Shown: positions 14,412-25,568 of the stretch, piece after piece
Layout of the letters: every line of letters begins with the position of its first letter
Position numbering within the stretch: the stretch's first letter is position 1
Assembly: GCA_037440305.1 (NCBI GenBank)
Contig: JBBIUH010000001.1
Location: forward strand, 1-55,186
Direction: 5' to 3'
Origin: Acidithiobacillus sp.
Lineage (GTDB): Bacteria > Pseudomonadota > Gammaproteobacteria > Acidithiobacillales > Acidithiobacillaceae
DNA length: 55,186 nt
Program-made: the position numbers and the translations under genes
Notes under the pieces: model-generated
Told to the model about the DNA's origin: nothing
Databases searched by the model: none
What the model saw: the letters and a program-made list of their open reading frames with translations, nothing else

Positions 14412-15904
14412 TGACCACTCAGGAAAGCCACGCTGGAACGATACCGGGAACGGAAGCGCACGCGGTCCAGGACCACCCCATCGCCATGGTACCCAACAAA
14501 GGCGTGGCTACCATCCAGGTGGCACGATGGGACCGCTTCGTCCCCATCCCGGAGTGCCGGGATATCATGCCGCTGCGCCTTGCGGATCGGCCTGAATACC
14601 TGCGCCTCTTTGATTTGATCAAGACCCATGGCGTCACGGACCCCATCAAGGTCACTCCGTTGGAGGACGGGCGTCTCGGTGTGCTGGACGGGTATCTGCG
14701 GGTCGTCGCCGCGGAACAGCTCGGCTTGGAGGTGCCCTATGTCATCATCCCCGTGGAAAACCTCTATGACGCCACGCTGAAAACCGCAGAATTCAACTTC
14801 TCCCATCGACAACTCACTGATTACGAAAAAGTCTGGGTGATCGGGAACCATTACCTCCTGGCCAAGAACCTTCGTAAGGGTGCCCCAGATGGCAACAAAA
14901 ATGCGGTAAAGGGCGATGACAAAAACAATGGGGTAAATTTACCCCATTGTTTTGACGATCCCCTGGATGGTGGTGCTGGCAGAACGCGCGAACGACTGGC
15001 GGCGATTTATGGTGTCAGCGAAAAGACCGTCCGCAACTACGCCGATGCAGTCACCCTGATGAACTCCATCGTCAGCGCCCTCACCCGGCATCTGAACCTG
15101 GTGGAGGAAACGATCCGGCTGCACTTCTTCAATACCAACGCCGATCCGGAGGCCAATGTCGAGCTCGCCACGATCTTCGCCATCCTGCGCTACCTCAAGG
15201 CCCAGGGGAAATTCCAGGAAATGGATCATTGGGTGAGCCTGGCCGTCCAGCGCTGGGCCAAGGCCGTCGCGCTCTCGCCGGACAGCCTGCCATCGGTCTC
15301 CCCCGCCAACTGGGTAGCGGCCACCTGGCATGTCTTGCCGGACGTGATCCCGATGGACGATCCGCAGACGGTGCATGACGTGGAGATCATCACCGGAAAC
15401 CGCAGTGATGGCAGGGGTTCTGCATCTTCCATGGGCAGTGGAAGGTCTCCTGGTTCCGGCAGGACCGGAGGGTCGGCCAGCTACGCGAATGTCACGATGG
15501 CCGAGGCCACCGTGATCAATACGGCCGCGCTGGATTACGAAGACGCCTACTGGACCAGGGTCGGCGAGAGGAGCCGGTACTTTTTGGAAAACCTGGCGGA
15601 GTTCCAGAAGGCTCTGGGGGAAGTCGTCGATCAGCATCTGCCCGCCCTGATGCGCATGACCCGGGAGATCTACGAGGAATTACAGGATGCCCCGGACCAT
15701 GCGGAATCCGTAAAGATCGATCTCCGCAGGCCGGCCTGGACATCCATTTCACGCTTCTACAAAGAACTGAACCGGATCAAGAGCGTGGCCATGACCGGCA
15801 GCGATCGCCACCGTGATAGCGCTGTGCAATGGCTCACCCTGTTCCACCAACTCGGGGAACGTTGCCAGGAAAAAATGCCCCGCACGACGAGGGACCTGTT
15901 TTGA
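14408..15904 (+). CDS. ParB/Srx N-terminal domain protein with HTH and long C-terminal extension
   Basis: 'IKTHGVTDPIKV...VLDGYLRVVAAEQLG', 'N..HRQLTDYEK', HTH 'RERLAAIYGVSEKTVRNY'. Confidence 0.75.
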   Translation: MMTTQESHAGTIPGTEAHAVQDHPIAMVPNKGVATIQVARWDRFVPIPECRDIMPLRLADRPEYLRLFDLIKTHGVTDPIKVTPLEDGRLGVLDGYLRVVAAEQLGLEVPYVIIPVENLYDATLKTAEFNFSHRQLTDYEKVWVIGNHYLLAKNLRKGAPDGNKNAVKGDDKNNGVNLPHCFDDPLDGGAGRTRERLAAIYGVSEKTVRNYADAVTLMNSIVSALTRHLNLVEETIRLHFFNTNADPEANVELATIFAILRYLKAQGKFQEMDHWVSLAVQRWAKAVALSPDSLPSVSPANWVAATWHVLPDVIPMDDPQTVHDVEIITGNRSDGRGSASSMGSGRSPGSGRTGGSASYANVTMAEATVINTAALDYEDAYWTRVGERSRYFLENLAEFQKALGEVVDQHLPALMRMTREIYEELQDAPDHAESVKIDLRRPAWTSISRFYKELNRIKSVAMTGSDRHRDSAVQWLTLFHQLGERCQEKMPRTTRDLF

Positions 15905-15957
15905 GGCAATGACACGTTTTTCCCTTAGAACCGCAGGAAAGCTGCAAGGAGATTCTC

Positions 15958-16227
15958 ATGCATCTGGACGAAAAAACCAAAAGCATTATCGAGGACATAC
16001 TGAACCGCAAGGCAAAGATCGCCCTGCAGAGGGAGGATATCCGCGAGGACATCAAGGTCGTTGCCGAACGGATGGGTGTCACGCCCGCCGCAGTGAACCG
16101 CATCATGACCCTCGTGGACAAGGAGCGCAGCAATGGCGATGTCCTCCATAGCGAACGGGAGGTCATCGATGCGGCGGAGATCCTGGCGGGCGTCAACAAC
16201 CCCGATGAGGACCCCTCCCATGCGTGA
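15958..16227 (+). CDS. Small helical protein, possibly GapR/DUF2312-like DNA-binding protein
   Basis: 'IIEDI...KIALQREDIREDIKVVAERMGVTPAAVNRIM' resembles the GapR fold; SD AGGAG. Confidence 0.5.
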   Translation: MHLDEKTKSIIEDILNRKAKIALQREDIREDIKVVAERMGVTPAAVNRIMTLVDKERSNGDVLHSEREVIDAAEILAGVNNPDEDPSHA

Positions 16228-16468
16228 ATCACCCGTCGGGATTTTGGAAGAGTGCGCGGACTGGCTGGAGAGCGAGGCCCAGGGGTACCGCAATCGCGCC
16301 CTGCATGCCCTCAAGATGGGCCAGAAAGGATCGACGGATGCGCTACTGGAGCAGGCGGACCGCTTCCAAAAATACTCTTTGGCCGTCCGCCAGCAGCATC
16401 ATGGCGCATTGCAAATCATCAGGGAAGAACTTTGCCATGCAAGGTCAAACCACATTCATCACGCCTGA
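16220..16468 (+). CDS. Hypothetical protein
   Basis: SD GAGG; overlaps neighbours in the early operon. Confidence 0.5.
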   Translation: MRESPVGILEECADWLESEAQGYRNRALHALKMGQKGSTDALLEQADRFQKYSLAVRQQHHGALQIIREELCHARSNHIHHA

Positions 16469-16664
16469 AGAAACCGAAGAGCTAACCGGATATGTCAGGC
16501 GCCCGGCACAGACCCGGTGGCTGGAACGGCATGGTTTCAGCTTCGCCCTAACACGCTCCGGCCGTCCGATTGTGCTTCGTGCCGAGATGGAGCGCCACCT
16601 TCTGGGCAACAGACAAGCCACCACATCAATGGAGGACTGTCCACATTGGGACAGAATCGCCTAA
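16437..16664 (+). CDS. DUF4224 family protein (putative excisionase)
   Basis: 'FITPEETEELTGY.RRPAQ.RWL...G......SGRPIVLR...P.W'; immediately upstream of the integrase. Confidence 0.8.
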   Translation: MQGQTTFITPEETEELTGYVRRPAQTRWLERHGFSFALTRSGRPIVLRAEMERHLLGNRQATTSMEDCPHWDRIA

Positions 16665-16667
16665 CAT

Positions 16668-17663
16668 ATGGGCATGGGACGCAAGCGCACAAAGGATAAG
16701 GGGCTGCCACCGCGGATGTACAAACGCGGTGAAGTCTACTATCACGCCTGCTGGATAGACCGCAAGCTGAAGTGGACACGACTATCCGCAAACAAGGCCG
16801 AGGCGCTGACCTTGTGGGCTGCCATAGAGGGCCAATCCACGGTCCCTGGTGAAAAAACCGGAACCATAGGAGCCGCGATTGCCCGGTATGAGGGGGAAAT
16901 CCTCCCTGCGCTCCGCCCACGGACCCAGGAGGACTATCACCGCATCCTCAAGGCACTCAGAGATGTGTTCGGGCACATGCGCATCGAATCCCTGCGTCGC
17001 CCTGACGTCGCCGGCTATCTCGATAGGCGTAGCGCCAAGGTGGCGGCAAACAGGGAAATCGCCGTATTATCCAGCGTCTTCGCATATAGTATCCGCTGGG
17101 GATGGGCTGAGGAGAACCCCTGCCTGGGTGTGCGCCGCAACAAGGAAAAGCCGCGCAAGAGGTATATTACCGATGCCGAGATGGAAAAGTTACGTCAATG
17201 CGCTGATGAACAATGGAAGTGCATCATCGATTTGGCTTATCTGACGTCCATGCGCCGTGGTGACATCATGAAATTACGACTAGACCAGTGCACAGAGGAG
17301 GGGCTTTTGGTCGCGCAGGAAAAAACGGGCGCTCGCGTCCTTTATACCTGGACACCGGCCTTGCGGGCAGTGGTTTCAAAGGCGCGAGGATTGCGGCGCA
17401 GGATAGGATCCCTCTCGTTGTTTGCATCCCAGGATGGGACACCCTATACCGTCAGCGGATGGAACAGCGCATGGCGCCGGTTGTTGGCAAAGTCGGAGGT
17501 GGATGACTGCCATTTTCATGATATACGCGCAAAGTCGCTGACGGATGCCTCCAAGATTGGAGGCCGCGACTACGCTCAAGCCCTGGCCGGCCACGCTGAT
17601 GGAAGCATGACTGAGGTTTATATTCGCGACCGAGAATTTACTCATGTACGGCCGCTTCACTGA
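16668..17663 (+). CDS. int: Tyrosine recombinase / phage integrase
   Basis: Catalytic R (MRRGDI), K (QEKTG), HxxR (FHDIR), AGH and Y (TEVY); adjacent to the tRNA. Confidence 0.95.
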   Translation: MGMGRKRTKDKGLPPRMYKRGEVYYHACWIDRKLKWTRLSANKAEALTLWAAIEGQSTVPGEKTGTIGAAIARYEGEILPALRPRTQEDYHRILKALRDVFGHMRIESLRRPDVAGYLDRRSAKVAANREIAVLSSVFAYSIRWGWAEENPCLGVRRNKEKPRKRYITDAEMEKLRQCADEQWKCIIDLAYLTSMRRGDIMKLRLDQCTEEGLLVAQEKTGARVLYTWTPALRAVVSKARGLRRRIGSLSLFASQDGTPYTVSGWNSAWRRLLAKSEVDDCHFHDIRAKSLTDASKIGGRDYAQALAGHADGSMTEVYIRDREFTHVRPLH

Positions 17664-17665
17664 AA

Positions 17666-17729
17666 ATATTAGCAGGCTTGCTAATATCACGATCAATGCC
17701 AAGCAGCGGGGTTTCATAACCATTTGATT
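17666..17729. promoter_or_regulatory. att-arm features: 9-bp inverted repeat and consensus IHF site
   Basis: ATATTAGCA-GGCT-TGCTAATAT at 17666-17687; AATCAAATGGTTA on the minus strand at 17717-17729 matches WATCAANNNNTTR. Confidence 0.6.
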
Positions 17730-17732
17730 TAA

Positions 17733-17810
<78 letters not shown>

Positions 17811-17847
17811 CGAGAATCCATAATGTACTGCCAAAACGCCGCCCAGG

Positions 17848-18300
17848 TCAATGCCTGTGACCGCACAAATCCAATAATGCCAACAACTCCCGGCGCAAGT
17901 ATTGCCAGCGTTTGCGGCCCTCGATAACGCCGACAGAGAGATCCGCCATCTCCAGATTCAGTTGCCCATGATTTTCTTCCCGGGACTCGCCACGGGGGGC
18001 GCGCATCAGTTCTTGCAACCGTTCACGCGCGCCGTGGATAGTATAGCCTTCGCCGTACAGCAGGGCGCGAATCTGTCTCGCCAACAGCAGATCACGGCGC
18101 TGATAATAACGCCGATTACCTTTTCTTTTCAGTGGACTAAGCTGTGGAAACTCCTGCTCCCAGTAGCGCAGCACATGCGCCTTCACCCCACAGAGCAGGG
18201 CCGCCTCGCTAATGGAGAAATACCGCTTTTCAGGTATCTCCGGGAGTGGCGCGAGGTCTTTGCCCGCCTTTCCCTTAGCCGTTGTCCGGTTCGCTACCAT
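17848..18300 (-). CDS. MerR family transcriptional regulator
   Basis: [29 protein letters not shown]; conserved position after ihfA. Confidence 0.9.
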   Translation of the reverse strand: MVANRTTAKGKAGKDLAPLPEIPEKRYFSISEAALLCGVKAHVLRYWEQEFPQLSPLKRKGNRRYYQRRDLLLARQIRALLYGEGYTIHGARERLQELMRAPRGESREENHGQLNLEMADLSVGVIEGRKRWQYLRRELLALLDLCGHRH

Positions 18301-18574
18301 TCACGTAGGCTTTGAGCTTTTGGCTCGGATGGAAAGTCACCACGCGCCGCGCCGTAATGGTAATCTCCACACCCGTCTTCGGGTTGCGCCCGGGACGTGG
18401 ATTTTTGTCGCGCAACGTGAAGTTACCAAAGCCCGAGAGCTTCACCTCTTCGCCCTGCGCCAGATTTTCACGAATGCCATCAAAAAGGGCCTCGACAATG
18501 CCCTTGGCTTCCCGCTTATTAAGACCCATAGTCTCGAACAGCATATCCACGATTTCTGCTTTGGTAACCGCCAT
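18275..18574 (-). CDS. ihfA: Integration host factor alpha subunit
   Basis: [22 protein letters not shown]; follows pheT. Confidence 0.96.
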   Translation of the reverse strand: MAVTKAEIVDMLFETMGLNKREAKGIVEALFDGIRENLAQGEEVKLSGFGNFTLRDKNPRPGRNPKTGVEITITARRVVTFHPSQKLKAYVNGSEPDNG

Positions 18575-18584
18575 ATTATTCTCC

Positions 18585-20984
18585 CTATGCCCTGAGTTCG
18601 ATGGAACCGAGTCGCCGCACGGCAACCAGCAACCGGTCCATTTCTGCTTGTACGTCTGTCTCGGTCAGCGTCCGCTCAGCATCCTGCAAGAGCAGCGCAA
18701 AAGCCAGACTGTACGTTCCCGCTGTCAGAGAAGGTCCCTGATAGCGATCAAAAATCGTGATCTGCTGCACAATACTCGATGCTGCTACCCGCATGGCGTT
18801 CAGCACCGTCCCCGCCAGAATGTCCTGCGGAATGACTAAGGCCATATCCCGCCGCAATGCTGGAAATGGCGACAAGGACGTGAACCTCGAGACATTCGTC
18901 AGGTTACTCAACCATTCCATATCCAAATAGAAGAAAAATGGTGATTTGTCCAGGTCATACTCCGCGGCCAGCGTCGGATGTAACGCACCCAACATGCCAA
19001 CCCGATGATCTTCCATACAGATTTCTGCGGCCTGCCCCGGATGCAAAGCCGGGTGATCGCCCAGCGGTCGGAAAGCAAACTCCGTATCCGGCCAAAGCGC
19101 GAGCAAAGCACTCACGTCGCCTTTCAGGTCATAGAAATCGGCCGCACGCTGCGGTTGCGCCCAATTTTCCCGATCCGCTGTCCCGACAATACACCCGCCC
19201 AGGACAAGACGTTGTCCATCGGCAGAAAACACCCTTCCCAGTTCAAAAATCCGTACCCGATCCTGCTGCCGCTTCATGTTGAACTGAAGCGCCTGCATCA
19301 AACCCGGCCAGAGACTGGCGCGCATGACGGCCAAATCCGCGGACAAGGGGTTGAGCAGAGCGGGGGCGTCGGCACCTGGGGTGAACAAATCTTGTGCCTG
19401 ACGGGAGACAAAACTATAGGTGATCACCTCATGATAATCACGTGCCTGCAAAACACCACGCAAAGCGGCTGGCTGCGGCCCCTGCGCCATGGGCAAGGGT
19501 TGCAATGTGCCCTCCGGACGATGAGCGGGCAATCGCTCATACCCGTATATTCTGCCCACTTCCTCAATCAGGTCTGCCTCAATGCGCAGATCAAAGCGGT
19601 GACTCGGAGAAAGCGCCTGCCAGCCATCGGGGGTCCTGTTGATACGCAACCCCAGACGGGTGAGGGTTGCCTCGACCACGGCATCTTCGTAATCCATGCC
19701 CAGGATGCGTGCCAGTCGGGCACGCCGCAAGGGGATCGGCACATGCTCCGGTAACTGTCCCAGCACGGTGCAAGATCGTTCTGTCCGCAAATGTGCCGTA
19801 CCTAGCGTCGCGAGACACTGCAGAGTGCTGCTGGCCACTACCGGCCCCAAGGCGAAATCCACGCCGCGTTCAAAGCGCATGGCAGCATCCGTCTGCAAGC
19901 CCAAGCGGCGTGCACGCCCCTGGATAGCCTTAGGCTGGAAGAAAGCGGACTCCAGGACAATACAACGCGTCCGTGCCGATACCGCGGTACGCCGCCCGCC
20001 GATAATACCTGCGAGAGCCACCGGACCGGCGTTGTCGGCAATCACCAGCATATCGGACTCCAGCGGCAGATCCCGGCCATCCAGGGCATCGAGCATCTCC
20101 CCGGCCTGCGCCCAGCGCACATTGAGTTCGCCTTGTAAGGTATCGGCGTCAAACGCATGCAGAGGTTGCCCCGTTTCGAGCATTTGCAGATTCAGTAAAT
20201 CCACTACCGGGTGGATACAACGCTGCCCCGCACGGCGCAGACGCTCACGTAAATGGTCCGGCAATCGTTCTGGAACGCCCTCTATCCACAGGGCGGTATA
20301 GGAAGGACAGGCGCTTTGCGCATCTGCGGCAATGTGCGGAGCGAAGCCTCCGTTACCGGGGGCCGCGTTGTCCGGACGCACGATCGTCCATGCCGGTGTC
20401 GGGTCATCATTTACGGGGCGGGACACGGCCTCTGCACCGAGGGCAAACAAATCCCTGGCCACTCCGGTTACGGACAATGCGTCGCCGCGATTTGGGGTAA
20501 TTCCCAGGGTCAGAATCTGGTCATCCAGACCGAGGTAGCACCGCAGATCGGCTCCGAGCGGCGCATCCGCATCCAGAATCAGCAAACCGCTGCTGCCATC
20601 ATCGAGCCCCAGCTCCGCGGCTGCACAAAGCATTCCCTCGGAAGAAATGCCACGCAGCGCAGAGACAGCAATAGAACGCCCTTCGGGCAACAGCGCACCG
20701 GGTAGAGCCAGAGGCACCCGCTGACCTACTGCCAGGTTATCCGCCCCGCAGACAACAGTGCGTAGCTGCCCGTTGCCCGCATCCACCTGCGCCACCCGCA
20801 GTTTATCGGCTTCTGGATGGGGTGCAATGGACTGAACGGCAGCAACGACCACTCCGTGAAAAAGCGGTGCGGCGTCCTCAACGGCCTCCACCTCAATACC
20901 ACCCATGGTCAGGCGTCGGGCAATTTCTTCCGTATCCCAGGAGATGTCTAATAATTCACGAAGCCATTGTATACTGACGCGCAT
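18585..20984 (-). CDS. pheT: Phenylalanine-tRNA ligase beta subunit
   Basis: 799 aa; [27 protein letters not shown] motifs. Confidence 0.97.
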   Translation of the reverse strand: MRVSIQWLRELLDISWDTEEIARRLTMGGIEVEAVEDAAPLFHGVVVAAVQSIAPHPEADKLRVAQVDAGNGQLRTVVCGADNLAVGQRVPLALPGALLPEGRSIAVSALRGISSEGMLCAAAELGLDDGSSGLLILDADAPLGADLRCYLGLDDQILTLGITPNRGDALSVTGVARDLFALGAEAVSRPVNDDPTPAWTIVRPDNAAPGNGGFAPHIAADAQSACPSYTALWIEGVPERLPDHLRERLRRAGQRCIHPVVDLLNLQMLETGQPLHAFDADTLQGELNVRWAQAGEMLDALDGRDLPLESDMLVIADNAGPVALAGIIGGRRTAVSARTRCIVLESAFFQPKAIQGRARRLGLQTDAAMRFERGVDFALGPVVASSTLQCLATLGTAHLRTERSCTVLGQLPEHVPIPLRRARLARILGMDYEDAVVEATLTRLGLRINRTPDGWQALSPSHRFDLRIEADLIEEVGRIYGYERLPAHRPEGTLQPLPMAQGPQPAALRGVLQARDYHEVITYSFVSRQAQDLFTPGADAPALLNPLSADLAVMRASLWPGLMQALQFNMKRQQDRVRIFELGRVFSADGQRLVLGGCIVGTADRENWAQPQRAADFYDLKGDVSALLALWPDTEFAFRPLGDHPALHPGQAAEICMEDHRVGMLGALHPTLAAEYDLDKSPFFFYLDMEWLSNLTNVSRFTSLSPFPALRRDMALVIPQDILAGTVLNAMRVAASSIVQQITIFDRYQGPSLTAGTYSLAFALLLQDAERTLTETDVQAEMDRLLVAVRRLGSIELRA

Positions 20985-20993
20985 AGTGAGCCC

Positions 20994-22396
<1,403 letters not shown>

Positions 22397-22414
22397 GGTA
22401 CTGTTCCTCTATCA

Positions 22415-22612
22415 TCAACCGTAGGGAAGCATGCGCCGCAATGCGGCCTGATCGCTACCCGAAGTAACCAAGGTATGGCGCAGGTGGCGCTTCCGCTTGG
22501 TCGTCTTACTCGTCAGAATGTGGTTCAAAAAAGCCTGACGATGTTTAAATTTACCGGAGCCGGTACGCTTAAAGCGCTTGGCCGCTCCACGATTGGTTTT
22601 CATTTTTGGCAC
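22415..22612 (-). CDS. rpmI: 50S ribosomal protein L35
   Basis: [15 protein letters not shown]. Confidence 0.98.
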   Translation of the reverse strand: MPKMKTNRGAAKRFKRTGSGKFKHRQAFLNHILTSKTTKRKRHLRHTLVTSGSDQAALRRMLPYG

Positions 22613-22621
22613 GATGGTCTC

Positions 22622-23140
22622 CTATTTTTTCCGCGGCGCGACAATCATCACCATTTGTCGCCCTTCCATGCGTGGCCGTTGTTCAACCACACCCACTTCT
22701 GTTAAATCTTTTTCAACCCGGTTGAGCACTTCCATGCCCAATTCAGGATGCGACATTTCACGACCGCGAAAGCGCAACGTAATTTTCGCACGATCTCCAT
22801 CTTCAATAAAACGCAAAATATTGCGCAACTTGATCTGGTAGTCAGCATCATCCGTACGAGGGCGGAATTTAATTTCCTTCACCTGCGTCTGTTTCTGCCG
22901 ACGTTTAGCGTCATGCTGGCGCTTGCTTTCCTGAAAACGAAACTTTCCGTAGTCCATAATCCGGCATACGGGAGGATCAGCTTGCGGAGCGATCTCGACG
23001 AGATCCAGTTCGGCTTCCTCTGCAGCAGCGATGGCTTCCATAAAGGATAACACACCTAACTGTTCTCCCTCGACACCTATCAACCGGACCCGCGCTGCGG
23101 TAATTTCCCGATTGATATTCACTTCTTTCTCTGTCGCGAT
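22622..23140 (-). CDS. infC: Translation initiation factor IF-3 (probable ATC start)
   Basis: [20 protein letters not shown]; in-frame ATC at 23140 lies 8 nt after SD GAGGAGG. Confidence 0.95.
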   Translation of the reverse strand: MATEKEVNINREITAARVRLIGVEGEQLGVLSFMEAIAAAEEAELDLVEIAPQADPPVCRIMDYGKFRFQESKRQHDAKRRQKQTQVKEIKFRPRTDDADYQIKLRNILRFIEDGDRAKITLRFRGREMSHPELGMEVLNRVEKDLTEVGVVEQRPRMEGRQMVMIVAPRKK

Positions 23141-23156
23141 CGCCTTATCCTCCTCG

Positions 23157-25091
23157 CTAGCCTTGCCACTCCAGGGTGTTCAACCGCTCCCGATCCATTT
23201 TCTGCAGAGCGGCACCCACAGCGTCTATGGTAAGGGCGCCGAGATCCTGGCCATTTCGATCCCGCACCGCCACCGTACCCGCTTCTTTTTCCCGTTCCCC
23301 GACTACCAGCAGATAGGGCACCCTACCCAAAGTATGGGCGCGTATCTTATAACCTATCTTCTCGTTTCTCAAGTCCGTTTCTGCCCGGATGCCGCGTTTC
23401 ACTAATACGTCACTTACCGACTCGGCGTATTCCGAGTAATGCTCACTGATGGGCAGCACCACGGCTTGCACCGGAGCGAGCCAGACCGGGAACTTACCCT
23501 CATAATGCTCAATGAGCACACCGAAGAAACGTTCGATGGAGCCGAAGATGGCGCGATGCACCATGATGGGCACCTTACGTGTGCCGTCTTCCGCCACATA
23601 TTCCATGGCGAAGCGCTCCGGCAGATTAAAATCGAGTTGTACGGTACTGCACTGCCACTTACGGCCGATGGCGTCCTGAATCTTCAGATCGATTTTAGGG
23701 CCATAGAAGGCACCGCCACCCGCGTCCACCTGATAGTCCAGGCCCGCGCGCTCCAAGGCATTGCGCAAAGCCTGGGTGGCAACGTCCCAAATCTCGTCAC
23801 TGCCCACCGAGTGCTCAGGGCGGGTGGACAGATTGATTTCATATTGGCTGAAGCCGAAGGTGCCAAGAATTTTTCGGACCAGCGCCAACACCGCACCAAT
23901 CTCCGCTTCTATCTGGTCTGGCCGACAAAAGACGTGGGCATCATCCTGGGTAAAGCCCCGCACCCGCATCAAGCCATGCAGGGCGCCCGACATTTCGTGG
24001 CGGTAGACCGTGCCCAATTCTGCCCAGCGAATCGGCAGATCCCGGTAGGAATGCAGCTTGTCCTTGTAAATCAGGATATGAAAAGGGCAGTTCATGGGTT
24101 TGAGCTGGTAAGGCTGCCCCTCATCCTGCATCGGATCAAACATGGATTCAGCGTAAAAGTCCTTGTGCCCGGAGGTATACCACAACTGCTCATGGGCAAT
24201 ATGCGGCGTATAGAGCAGATCGTAACCCGCATCGACATGGGCACTGCGCCAGAAATCCTCAATGATGCGACGGACTCGTGCGCCCATGGGATGCCAGAAC
24301 ACCAGCCCACCGCCGGCATCTTCCTGAATGGAGAACAGTTCCAGTTCTGTGCCGATACGTCGGTGATCCCGTTTTTCGGCCTCCGCCAGTTGCTGGAGAT
24401 AGGCGTCAAGATCTTTTTGCTGCGCCCAGGCAGTACCATAAATGCGCTGCAACATGGGGTTACGAGAGTCACCGCGCCAGTAGGCACCCGCTACCCGCTG
24501 CAACTTAAATGCCCCCAGGACGCCGGTCGATGGCACATGGGGACCGCGGCACAAGTCCACGAAATCCCCCTGCCGGTACAAGCTCAACGACTCGCCTTCC
24601 GGAATGGCGCGGATGATTTCAACCTTATAGTCCTCGCCCATTTTTTCAAAGAGGGCTATGGCATCTTCGCGGGAGAGCAGCTCGCGTTGCACCGAGAGAT
24701 TTTCTTTGACCAGCGCGCGCATCCGCTCTTCAATGGCTTCCAGATCTTCTGGCGTGAAACCACGCGGGAAGGCAAAGTCATAGTAGAAACCGTTATCAAT
24801 GACCGGTCCGATGGTGACCTGGGCTTCCGGATAGAGGGACTGCACCGCCTGTGCCAGCAGATGCGCGGTCGAATGGCGGATCACCTCCAGGCCATCTGCG
24901 CTGTCGCGGGTAACAATCGCCACTTCAGCGTCCTGATCCAGCACCGCCGAGAGGTCTTTGAGGGCGCCATTGACCCGCATGGCTACCGCGGCCTTGGCCA
25001 GCCCGCTGCCGATCGTACGCGCCAACGCCAGCCCGCTCACAGGCTCTGCGAACTGACGATGACTACCGTCCGGCAACTGGATATCTGGCAT
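23157..25091 (-). CDS. thrS: Threonine-tRNA ligase
   Basis: [27 protein letters not shown] motifs. Confidence 0.98.
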   Translation of the reverse strand: MPDIQLPDGSHRQFAEPVSGLALARTIGSGLAKAAVAMRVNGALKDLSAVLDQDAEVAIVTRDSADGLEVIRHSTAHLLAQAVQSLYPEAQVTIGPVIDNGFYYDFAFPRGFTPEDLEAIEERMRALVKENLSVQRELLSREDAIALFEKMGEDYKVEIIRAIPEGESLSLYRQGDFVDLCRGPHVPSTGVLGAFKLQRVAGAYWRGDSRNPMLQRIYGTAWAQQKDLDAYLQQLAEAEKRDHRRIGTELELFSIQEDAGGGLVFWHPMGARVRRIIEDFWRSAHVDAGYDLLYTPHIAHEQLWYTSGHKDFYAESMFDPMQDEGQPYQLKPMNCPFHILIYKDKLHSYRDLPIRWAELGTVYRHEMSGALHGLMRVRGFTQDDAHVFCRPDQIEAEIGAVLALVRKILGTFGFSQYEINLSTRPEHSVGSDEIWDVATQALRNALERAGLDYQVDAGGGAFYGPKIDLKIQDAIGRKWQCSTVQLDFNLPERFAMEYVAEDGTRKVPIMVHRAIFGSIERFFGVLIEHYEGKFPVWLAPVQAVVLPISEHYSEYAESVSDVLVKRGIRAETDLRNEKIGYKIRAHTLGRVPYLLVVGEREKEAGTVAVRDRNGQDLGALTIDAVGAALQKMDRERLNTLEWQG

Positions 25092-25100
25092 AGCCCCTCC

Positions 25101-25137
25101 AAAGAAAAAGCACCAGCGAGCATTGCCCCTCTGGTGC
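25101..25137 (-). terminator. Terminator-like hairpin between tRNA-Val and thrS
   Basis: GCACCAG...CTGGTGC stem followed by TTTTTCTTT on the minus strand. Confidence 0.55.
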
Positions 25138-25143
25138 GGGATT

Positions 25144-25218
25144 TGGTAGGCGCGGGCGGTTTCGAACCGCCGACCTCTACCGTGTCAAGGTAGCGCTCTC
25201 CCCCTGAGCTACGCGCCT
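25144..25218 (-). tRNA. tRNA-Val(GAC)
   Basis: AGGCGCGTAGCTCAG...CTACCTTGACACGGTAG...GGTTCGAAACC...CGCGCCTACCA. Confidence 0.97.
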
Positions 25219-25253
25219 GCAGCCCGCAAATGTACCGACTAGCGGGCTATACG

Positions 25254-25568
25254 TCAAGATCTGCGCAACATCGGCAATACATTAAAGCGCCAGATAAAGC
25301 CCGGGATGGCAAAAACGGCGAACATGCACAGGGCAACCACATAAAACTCCCAACCCTGAACGTGGATCTGACCATCCAGACTACGCTCCATACCCATACC
25401 GATGATGCCGACGATGAGATACATTACCAGCCACTCAAGCAGATACCACTGCAACGCTTTGTCACCGGCTGCGGCACGGAAAAAGAACAGGCGATTACTC
25501 AGCCACGGCAGATTAGCCGCGATAAAAGCCAGTGCGATATAGGCTAGCACCCAGTCTTGCATACTCAT
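25254..25568 (-). CDS. DUF2818 family membrane protein
   Basis: 'AANLPW', 'QGWEFY', 'PGFIWR'; usual position after nuoN. Confidence 0.85.
   Translation of the reverse strand: MSMQDWVLAYIALAFIAANLPWLSNRLFFFRAAAGDKALQWYLLEWLVMYLIVGIIGMGMERSLDGQIHVQGWEFYVVALCMFAVFAIPGFIWRFNVLPMLRRS

Noticed and set aside
23439-25193. 584-aa plus-strand ORF opposite thrS, and similar shadows over nuo, ftsH, tldD and nrdA
   Set aside because: In-register antisense frames of conserved housekeeping genes, expected from codon bias.
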